Shown: positions 28,589 to 36,333 of the stretch, in pieces
How positions within the stretch are numbered: the stretch's first letter is position 1
Layout: each line of letters opens with the position of its first letter
From: Candidatus Hodarchaeum mangrovi
GTDB taxonomy: Archaea; Asgardarchaeota; Heimdallarchaeia; Hodarchaeales; Hodarchaeaceae
Reading direction: 5' to 3'
NCBI GenBank assembly: GCA_016839515.1
Contig: JAEOUE010000275.1
Span: forward strand, 1-36,333
DNA: 36,333 nucleotides
Position numbers and translations under genes: made by a program
The notes under the pieces: generated by a model
Seen by the model: only the letters and a program-made list of their open reading frames with translations
Told to the model about the DNA's origin: nothing
Databases searched by the model: none

Positions 28589-29747
28589 GTGGATATTTTA
28601 CAGTAACGACTTCATTACCATCTTCTGTGATTATAACAGTATCCGAATGTCTAAATCCACCCACAGCACGATCATATATCCCAGGTTCTACAGTAAAAAC
28701 CATTCCAGGCTTTATTGTTTCTTTCATCCCAATGTCTAAAAAAGGACGTTCATGAGCCTCTAATCCAATAGTATGGCCTGTATGATGTTGTACTAAACTA
28801 AAGACTCCAGCTTCTTTAAATACTTTCCTAGTTGCTTGATCAACCTTTGAAAGGGGATTATATGGCCTTAATTCCTCAATAGCCGCTGATTGGGCTTTAA
28901 GCATAATCCAAAAATAATCCTTCTGTTTTTGGTTGGGTTCCCCTAGAAACATAGTCCTTTCTAGCTCTGAAAGATAACCTGCGACATTACCACTCGCACC
29001 TGTCACTAAGGTGTCACCTTTTTGAAAAATAGCATTTCTAGTTAATGCATGGGGGATAGCACTATATGATCCTATTTGACCTCGATATCCTGCACCACAA
29101 GGACGAGCACCATAACCAATAGGAGAATAATCAGATCCTAATACTTCTCTCATTTTTCTTGAAGCTTCATGTGAAGCTTTAAACGAAACTTCTATTTCAT
29201 TTTCGCCAATAGCAGTGTACTTCTGGAGGAGTTCATGTGCCAAATGACCCCACCGAGCTGCCTCATGAATACATTCTAATTCATAATTATCCTTGATAAT
29301 TCGCATATCTGTTATAATTTCTGGATAAATAGGAATGTCTTTTTTTAGAACATCCGAAAAAGAAGGACCTTGATAACCCCAAATTCCTCGTGCACCTGCA
29401 GCCTCACATCCAATTCGATTGGACATTTTTAGGTCATTTTTCACAAAACGAGCAAAATGATGCATTGGATGAACTTCATCAGGGTATTCAAAGTAACTAT
29501 GAACATGACTATAAGGAACTTTTTCTTGAACATGCTGTTTTTCCAATTCAGGGACGAAAAAAATTGTTTCAGTCTCTTTAAAAATTAAAATAAAAGGACG
29601 TTCTGTTGGGATCATAGAGAAACCAGTAAGATAATAAATAGAATAAGGATTTATAATAAAGAAATGTTTAAGATTTAGTTCGTCCATCTTCTGAAATAAT
29701 CGTAAACGACGATCTTCAAACTGGTGTTCAGGGATTTTAATTATCAA
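28557..29747 (-). CDS. M24B Xaa-Pro dipeptidase/aminopeptidase
   Basis: Creatinase-N-like start (IYYLTGF), HHTGHTIGLEAHERP, VFTVEPGIY and GGFRHSDTV. Confidence 0.9.
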   Translation of the reverse strand: MIIKIPEHQFEDRRLRLFQKMDELNLKHFFIINPYSIYYLTGFSMIPTERPFILIFKETETIFFVPELEKQHVQEKVPYSHVHSYFEYPDEVHPMHHFARFVKNDLKMSNRIGCEAAGARGIWGYQGPSFSDVLKKDIPIYPEIITDMRIIKDNYELECIHEAARWGHLAHELLQKYTAIGENEIEVSFKASHEASRKMREVLGSDYSPIGYGARPCGAGYRGQIGSYSAIPHALTRNAIFQKGDTLVTGASGNVAGYLSELERTMFLGEPNQKQKDYFWIMLKAQSAAIEELRPYNPLSKVDQATRKVFKEAGVFSLVQHHTGHTIGLEAHERPFLDIGMKETIKPGMVFTVEPGIYDRAVGGFRHSDTVIITEDGNEVVTVKYPRDLESLIIEC

Positions 29748-29920
29748 TGAAAGGATTCTCCTGTTCTAGACATTGAGCTTCTCGAAAATAAGAAATTAAT
29801 TATTTCTTTTGTAAATCCTTTGGTGAAACCATAAATTAGATTCATGTTTTTCCTTTATTATTTAAAACAAGAAGAAATCTTTATAGGATAGCTTTCTTTT
29901 CAAAAAATGAGTGTCTCATC

Positions 29921-32107
29921 ATGAGCATACGAGAGCAATTAAAAAAGAAAGTCCCTTTAGAAATAAATGGTTTAGTTGATTTAGCCTATAATCTATGGTG
30001 GTAGTGGAATGTTGATTCGAGAGATCTGTTTAGGCTGTTAGATCCTCCACTCTGGCATTCATCACCTCATAATCCGATTTTTGTGCTTCGAAATATCACT
30101 GAGGAACGTCTAATTAAGAGAGCCAACAATAAAAGCTTCTTAGAACGATATCAAAATGTAATAAACCAATTTAAACGAGAAATGGGTGAGAATCCTGATC
30201 ATTTATGGTGGAATCAGACCCATCCCGCACATTCAGGAAAACTTATCGCTTACTTAAGTATGGAATACGGTATTCATGCTTCTTTACCAATTTATTCGGG
30301 TGGATTAGGTGTCTTATCAGGAGATCATCTGAAAGAATCAAGTGATTTAGGAGTACCGATCGTTGCAGTTGGTTTTCTTTATCAGGAAGGCTATTTTACC
30401 CAAAAAATAAGTTCAGCACGTAATGGTTGGCAAGAAGAAATTTATAGAGAATATGATTTCAATGATATGCCAATAGAACCTGTTCTAGATGAAGAAACAG
30501 GAAAACACCTTATAATTAAGATTAATTTCAAAACTGAAATCGATGTTTTAGTAGCAGTCTGGCAAGTAAAGGTTGGTCGTATAACTTTATTCTTGCTTGA
30601 TTCAAACATCGAAGAAAATGTTCCATGGTATAGAGACCTAACAGACCGCTTATATGGAGGTAACACTGAACTACGACTTCAACAAGAACTGATTTTAGGA
30701 TTTGGGGCTGTTAGATTGTTCGAGAAATTAGGAATAAAACCTTCGATTTATCATCTAAATGAGGGACATTGTAGTTTTTCTTCAATTGAACGTATTCGAC
30801 AATGCATGAAAAAAGAAAGTTTAGACTTTGATCAAGCATTACATAAAATTCGAAATAAGACTCTTTTTACAACACACACTCCAGTTCCTGCAGGACATGA
30901 TGTTTTTCCATTTTGGATGATAGAATTATATTTTAAGGATATAATTGAAGAAATCGGTTCTGATGTATTATTTGCATTAGGTTCATATGATTTTGGTCAA
31001 GGTGCTGGACATGGTTTCAATATGACTTGTTTAGGAATGAGAACATCTTTAATGTATAATGGGGTTTCTCAGCTTCATAAAACTGTGACTGAAAAAATGT
31101 TTTTTCCTCTTTTTAATGAATTGAAGAAAAAATACAAAGAAAATTTCTATCAATTAACTCATATCACAAATGGAACTCATGTTTCGAGTTTCGTTTCTGG
31201 AATTATTCAAGAATTATTTCAATTAGTTAATGAAGATTGGTTAAAAACTCATGATGATCCGTTAACCTGGCAAAATCAAATGCTTGATCGTTATGTAATC
31301 ACAGATTATCATATATGGGAATATCATCTTCGAGCAAAGGAGAGAATGTTTAATCGCTTACGTGAACGTTCACGAGAGAATTTACGCCAAGGTTCTTGGG
31401 ATACAACCATGATTATCGTAAATGGAGCCTTATTGGATCCTGATGTTCTTACCATTGGATTTGCACGACGATTTGCAACATATAAGAGAGCAAATCTAAT
31501 TTTTTCAGATATTCAAAGATTGAAAAGAATAGTAAATGATCCTTATCGTCCTGTACAATTTATTTTCTCTGGAAAAGCACATCCTGCCGATGATAGTGGA
31601 AAATTATTGATTCAACAAATAGTAAATTATGCTAAAAATCCAGAGTTGGGATATCGGATTGCTTTTCTCGAAAATTATGATCTAGTACTAGCTAAGATGT
31701 TATTACAAGGGTGTGATATCTGGTTAAACAATCCTCTTCGATTAAATGAAGCATCAGGAACCTCTGGAATAAAAGCAAGTATGAATTTTATCCCCAATTT
31801 TTCCATTTTAGATGGATGGTGGGCAGAAGGTTTTACTGGCACCAATGGGTGGGCTATTAATCCCGAAAATAAACAAGAACCGAATCGAGAAGCTCAGGAT
31901 TGGTTAGATGCTAAAAGTTTCTATGATATTTTGGAAAATGAAATAGTACCGATGTATTATGATCGTGAACCAGGTGCTATCCCTTTTAAATGGGTCAATG
32001 TGATGCGCCAAGCGCTTTTAACAACTCTACCAAAATTCAGTGCGCGCAGAATGGTCAAAGATTATGCCAACCAACTTTATGTCAATCTATTAGAAAAGGA
32101 GAATTAA
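29921..32107 (+). CDS. glgP: Alpha-glucan (glycogen/maltodextrin) phosphorylase, GT35, with an in-frame TAG at 30002-30004
   Basis: ATG 29921 gives MSIREQLKKKVPLEINGLVDLAYNLWW*WNVDSRDLFRLLDPPLW...HNP, in frame with the 30083 ORF. Motifs YSGGLGVLSGD, HLNEGH, FARRFATYKRA, GKAHPAD and PLP site EASGTSGIK. Confidence 0.93.
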
Positions 32108-33060
32108 TCTTTGAAATAATAATCTAACATACTTGGTTTCCCTTTATAGACCTTTATAAGTTCATTTGAACTCAAAAACTCATGAACACGAATAGCATCA
32201 GTTATAGCATTACCTTTTAGCATTTTTTCCTGTCCTTTTGGTATTTTAGATTCACAAATTAAATTTAGCTTATTAAGAAAATTCTGTTCCTTAATAACAG
32301 AAAAAACAAGTTTCCAAGGAACTCCTGTATCATGATCAAGAAGTGTATGATACTTCTCCCCTGTTCGACCAACAATCATTCCTGAAAAATGAACTGGTAG
32401 ACGATTTTGTTCATGTAAATCAAAATGATTGTCAAGAGTCTCTAATCTTTTCAAAACTCCATCTTCAGTAGTTATATTTCCTCCTCTGGCGAAATCGTGA
32501 CTAATATCCCAAGTCATTAACATATTGTCAATCCCACTGGTTACTTCAGCCAAAGTAAAGAAATCAGCAAAAGAATTCGTCTTTCCTCCAACTTCAGGTG
32601 CTAATTTAGCTTTAAAATCTTTCATTTGCCGCCATTCCTCCCATTCCTTCAATATTGATTGAACATGTGATGAATCATACTTGGCCTGCTTGAAACTTCC
32701 TGCATGGAATGTTACATGTTTAGCCTGAAGGTAATCTGCCGTTTTTAAGGTAGCAGAGAGGTTGGATTTAGAAAATTTAAGTTTTTTGGGGTCATTAGAA
32801 GTTGCTGAGATTCTATAAGGTGCATGAACAGAATGATAGTAATCCATTGGGGGAAGAATATCTAAAATAGCCTTAGTTTGGTTTTCAGTGGGAAAAGGTG
32901 TTGTTCCAGAAAATGTGGTTCTGCCAATAACACAATTTAGGAGTCCAAATTCTACAGCATTTAGCTGAGTGGTAGATCTGATTTTTCCTAATCGTTTGTG
33001 TGAAGTATCTGTCCCAAGAAATCGTGAAATAGCAATTGAAACTCCAAGAGATGCAATCAA
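32104..33060 (-). CDS. AP endonuclease family 2 (EndoIV-like) TIM-barrel protein
   Basis: SVHAPY, VTFHAG, APEVGGK, WDISHDFARG, VHFSG...GEKYH and LICES. Confidence 0.85.
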   Translation of the reverse strand: MIASLGVSIAISRFLGTDTSHKRLGKIRSTTQLNAVEFGLLNCVIGRTTFSGTTPFPTENQTKAILDILPPMDYYHSVHAPYRISATSNDPKKLKFSKSNLSATLKTADYLQAKHVTFHAGSFKQAKYDSSHVQSILKEWEEWRQMKDFKAKLAPEVGGKTNSFADFFTLAEVTSGIDNMLMTWDISHDFARGGNITTEDGVLKRLETLDNHFDLHEQNRLPVHFSGMIVGRTGEKYHTLLDHDTGVPWKLVFSVIKEQNFLNKLNLICESKIPKGQEKMLKGNAITDAIRVHEFLSSNELIKVYKGKPSMLDYYFKD

Positions 33061-33093
33061 TTTGATTTTACACCTTGTCTTGAAAATAGGATT

Positions 33094-33255
33094 TTAATGC
33101 TCCTGCATTTGGATAAGATTACATTTTGGACAAACCCATTTAGTTTTTTTATGGAAACTCCTTTGGGAAGGTTTCATTTTTACCTGTTTCCCTTCTAATT
33201 TCTGACAACGTGAGCAATACAATTTTATCCAGCCAATACTAAATGGATTAGTCAT
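33094..33255 (-). CDS. Small zinc-ribbon protein (53 aa, below the ORF-track cutoff)
   Basis: MTNPFSIGWIKLYCSRCQKLEGKQVKMKPSQRSFHKKTKWVCPKCNLIQMQEH*, with two CxxC pairs, just upstream of the EndoIV-like gene. Confidence 0.75.
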   Translation of the reverse strand: MTNPFSIGWIKLYCSRCQKLEGKQVKMKPSQRSFHKKTKWVCPKCNLIQMQEH

Positions 33256-33440
33256 TAAGAATAAAAATCATTCAATATAAGAGTTTATCCCTTTGAAAAA
33301 ACCTTCGATATTCACAAGGATTACCATATAGATGTCAAACTTGACCTTATTGATACCTTTCTAAAAGTTTAAAATAAAACAAGAATAAACTTTAAATTGA
33401 ATTAAATTCAACATTATGTGAAAAAATCTGTGGTACAACC

Positions 33441-34574
33441 TTGGATAATCAAGATAACAATTCATTTGCAGAACGACTTAAACAATCGGTAAGAACTATT
33501 CTTGATCGTGAAGTAAGTTCATTTCAGAATTTTGAGCAGGAATATAAGATATCATCTCATCCTTTGAAAAGAACTTTCATTGCTATAGGGAAACTTAATC
33601 AAATTCATAGAGGAAAATTAGCACTTATTGAGATAGCTAATGAATCTAATCTTCCTATTCAAGATATTGAGTTTATTGTTCAAGAATTTATAGATCAAAG
33701 ATTAATAGAAGGATATATTGAGAAAAACGGCACAAATTTTCTTATTTTACGACAAAAAAGCTATTTATGTCAAATCGATCAAAATGAACATGATTTGTTT
33801 GAACTAAAAATGCAATGTCAGCAATGCCTCCGATTTATATGCTTAGAATGCTACTACCAAGCTTCCTCTAATAGTTGTATTTTTTGTAAGGGACACCTTA
33901 TTCCTGTTCCAAAAATTTTTAAAGTCGATGATGTTCATACAAGTGCTACTGCATTAAAACCAAGTAAAATGAAATTTTCGTTGAGTAATTATTACAAAAA
34001 ACAAAAGGAAACACTCTCGAATCAAGGAATAAAACAGACTTCAGGATCAGTATGGGAAGATCTTAAATCTTTAAGAAAAAATTGGCCCGATTCATGGTCA
34101 TTCGCCTCCATAAAAGAGAAAGGACAAAATTACTTCGAGTTTCGAAAATTTGAGAACAAAGTTTCACGTAATGAGAAAAAAATCATCGACACAATTTCAG
34201 GTATCTATTTAATTGAAGAATGTAACGCTATTCCTCTTTATAGAATTGCTAAATTAGTTAATTTGGATCTAAGGTTTACTCATGAGATAATAACGAGGCT
34301 AATATCCCAACAAACCATCAACGGATTTATCGAAACTGAAGGAACGTATGACAGCATTGAAGATGATGTTTTAGTTCTGGGATCAAGTAATTTCTATTGT
34401 GAAATTCATGATGAGTCTCATAAAGAACCAATACCAATATCTAGTGAACATTTTCAATGTTCAGGTTGTTTTAGAACTGTATGTACCTCCTGTTTCTCTA
34501 CTATGAAAAACCAAGGGGTTATTTCTTGTTTGTTTTGTGATTCAAATCTGATTTTCTTTCCTAAATCTAATTAA
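33441..34574 (+). CDS. Protein with two tandem (PCI-like winged helix + RING-like Zn finger) units
   Basis: Unit 1: LIEIANESNLPIQDIEFIVQEFIDQRLIEGYI + C-x2-D-x12-C-x2-C-x4-C-x2-C-x8-C-x2-C. Unit 2: LYRIAKLVNLDLRFTHEIITRLISQQTINGFI + C-x2-H-x16-C-x2-C-x4-C-x2-C-x11-C-x2-C. Confidence 0.8.
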   Translation: MDNQDNNSFAERLKQSVRTILDREVSSFQNFEQEYKISSHPLKRTFIAIGKLNQIHRGKLALIEIANESNLPIQDIEFIVQEFIDQRLIEGYIEKNGTNFLILRQKSYLCQIDQNEHDLFELKMQCQQCLRFICLECYYQASSNSCIFCKGHLIPVPKIFKVDDVHTSATALKPSKMKFSLSNYYKKQKETLSNQGIKQTSGSVWEDLKSLRKNWPDSWSFASIKEKGQNYFEFRKFENKVSRNEKKIIDTISGIYLIEECNAIPLYRIAKLVNLDLRFTHEIITRLISQQTINGFIETEGTYDSIEDDVLVLGSSNFYCEIHDESHKEPIPISSEHFQCSGCFRTVCTSCFSTMKNQGVISCLFCDSNLIFFPKSN

Positions 34575-34819
34575 TGATTTCCTCATCACTTTTTTAGAGT
34601 TAGTATTTAAAATTGCTACAAAAGTAGAATGAAAGCGTAAAAAAAGTTAGATCCATTTGATATTTTGTTTAAAACCTTTATAAAATCAAGAATTGGATTC
34701 TCAAGTCATTGATAAACTTAAAACAGAAATTAATTGCAATGAATGATAGATGATCCTTATCGCATTACCCAAATTGTGTGTTGAATTCAGGATATTTTCG
34801 ATTATAGAGGTAGTATTTA

Positions 34820-36333
34820 ATGGAAGAATGTGTTTGTTCGAATTGTGACGAAATTAAAAAGAGATATCCCCAAAAATTCGCTCATCAAAATAAAATTTTT
34901 CAAAATATCCACCGAGGAGACCGAATATTCGTTCATACTGGATGTGCAGAACCTCAATATTTAATCTCAGCACTTATACAGTATATTGAAGGCCATCCGA
35001 AAGCATTCGTCGATGCTGAAGTTCTTTCGTGGTGGAATCTAGGTGTTGCACCATATGCTAATGAACGATACCAAATGCAATTCAGGCATAATTCTTTTTT
35101 TATAGCTGACCCAACCCGTCAAGCAGTAAATACGGGATTGGCTGATTATACTCCTATATTCCTTTCTAATGCTCCCCGAGTATTTTATCAAGGTCTTGTT
35201 CCTATTGACGTTGCTTTAATTCAAGTATCACCTCCAGATATTCATGGATATGTTAATATTGGGGTCTCAGTTGATATTGTTATGGCAGCTGTGGAAAAAG
35301 CTAGTTTAGTTATAGCTCAAATAAACTCCAACGTTCCTCGTGTCCATGGAGATGGATTTATTCATATTGAGGATATTGATTTTCTAATTCATTATGATGA
35401 ACCTCTTTTAGAATATTCCAAAATACCAATTAATGAAGAATCTTACACACAGACCGCATCAAAAATTGGAAACTATGTTTCTAGATTAATTCAGGATGGA
35501 GACACGATTCAAGTTGGGTATGGTTCTATCCCTGACGCAGTAATGGCCAATCTAACCGGTAAAAAAAATCTGGGAGTTCATACTGAACTTGTAAGTGATG
35601 GATTAGTAAAGTTGATGAGATTAGGAGTAATCGATAACAGTAAAAAGACAATAAATAGGGGAAAAGCAGTTGCTTCTTTTTGTATGGGAAGTAAGGAGAC
35701 GTATGAGTTTATTAATGATAATCCTTCTATTGAGTTCAAGGTAATTGACTATACGAATAATCCTTTGGTTATTGCACGACATGATAATATGACTGCAATT
35801 AATAGCGCTCTACAAATTGATCTCACAGGCCAAGCTTCTGCTGAATCGATAGGTAAGACTTTTTATTCTGGTATCGGGGGACAAGCAGATTTTATGCGAG
35901 GTTCAGTCCTTGCTAAAGGTGGTAAAAGCATTTTAATATTACAATCCACTGCAGAAAATGGTACAGTATCTAGAATTGTTCCATTTTTAACTGAAGGAGC
36001 AGGTGTCACCTTAAATCGTGGTGATATTCATTATGTTGTGACTGAAAATGGAATTGCCTATCTCCATGGAAAAAATATTCGCGAACGAGCAATGCAGCTT
36101 ATAAGTATTGCACACCCCCGGCATCGACCTTGGTTAATTAAAATAGCTAAGGAACATAATTTGATCTATCACGATCAAGCATTTATTCCAGGTAAGAAGG
36201 GTGAATATCCAGAGCATTTAGAAAACTGGCGAACTACTAGGAAAGGTCTTGAAATACTCTTAAGACCAGTTAAAATTAGCGATGAACCTTTACTAAAAGA
36301 ATTTTTTTATGACTTATCAGATCAGTCTTTATA
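34820..36333 (+). CDS. Acetyl-CoA hydrolase/CoA-transferase fused to a C-terminal GNAT domain (3'-partial, absent from the ORF track)
   Basis: ATG 34820, RIFVHTGCAEPQ, DVALIQVSPPD.HGY, IQDGDTIQVGYG, LGVHTE, SGIGGQADF and YVVTENG, then ILLRPVKISDEPLLKEFFYDLSDQS (start of a Pat-type GNAT). Confidence 0.9.
   Translation, partial: MEECVCSNCDEIKKRYPQKFAHQNKIFQNIHRGDRIFVHTGCAEPQYLISALIQYIEGHPKAFVDAEVLSWWNLGVAPYANERYQMQFRHNSFFIADPTRQAVNTGLADYTPIFLSNAPRVFYQGLVPIDVALIQVSPPDIHGYVNIGVSVDIVMAAVEKASLVIAQINSNVPRVHGDGFIHIEDIDFLIHYDEPLLEYSKIPINEESYTQTASKIGNYVSRLIQDGDTIQVGYGSIPDAVMANLTGKKNLGVHTELVSDGLVKLMRLGVIDNSKKTINRGKAVASFCMGSKETYEFINDNPSIEFKVIDYTNNPLVIARHDNMTAINSALQIDLTGQASAESIGKTFYSGIGGQADFMRGSVLAKGGKSILILQSTAENGTVSRIVPFLTEGAGVTLNRGDIHYVVTENGIAYLHGKNIRERAMQLISIAHPRHRPWLIKIAKEHNLIYHDQAFIPGKKGEYPEHLENWRTTRKGLEILLRPVKISDEPLLKEFFYDLSDQSL

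Noticed and set aside
30083-30085. GTG at 30083 as the start of glgP
   Set aside because: Conserved phosphorylase N-terminal sequence continues in frame up to ATG 29921.
564-30666. Many 60-104 aa ORFs in the track that overlap larger genes (e.g. 564-776, 2779-3021, 10502-10816, 20155-20412, 27546-27824, 30442-30666)
   Set aside because: They are antisense or alternate-frame shadows of well-supported genes, with no recognisable motifs.
32104-32107. Shared TTAA stop overlap of convergent glgP and the EndoIV-like gene
   Set aside because: Common in compact AT-rich genomes, and similar tight convergent junctions occur at 20118/20124 and 24205/24210.

Overview
AT-rich, gene-dense archaeal window, most likely from an Asgard archaeon (Heimdallarchaeia/Hodarchaeales-like). 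This assignment is inferred from an Asgard-type longin-like domain, PCI-like winged helices and archaeal Lrp/TATA architecture, not from a marker gene. The left third is a molybdenum-hydroxylase island. It has mocA, a MoaD/SAMP-like protein and a YgfM/XdhD-like trimer, then a 7TM-PAS histidine kinase, converging on a second XDH-family trimer with xdhC. The middle holds Asgard-type unknowns (an MFS-longin fusion, a CofD-like/PCI fusion, a possible C2-like protein), a decayed Ig-like surface-protein gene, sir2, Lrp and DUF389. The right part has acyl-CoA dehydrogenase, DinB, a lone crtI, DoxX/DoxD, an M50 protease, a TPR protein, an M24 peptidase, alpha-glucan phosphorylase, an EndoIV-like protein, an unannotated 53-aa zinc ribbon, a tandem (PCI-like + RING-like)x2 protein and a partial acetyl-CoA hydrolase/transferase-GNAT fusion. 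The most striking direct observation is that two otherwise intact conserved genes each carry one in-frame stop: TGA in tex (55-57) and TAG in glgP (30002-30004). Recoding (Sec/Pyl), nonsense mutation and consensus error cannot be told apart from this window alone. No rRNA, tRNA, CRISPR array or transposase was recognised. All family calls come from motif recognition by eye, with no database searches.
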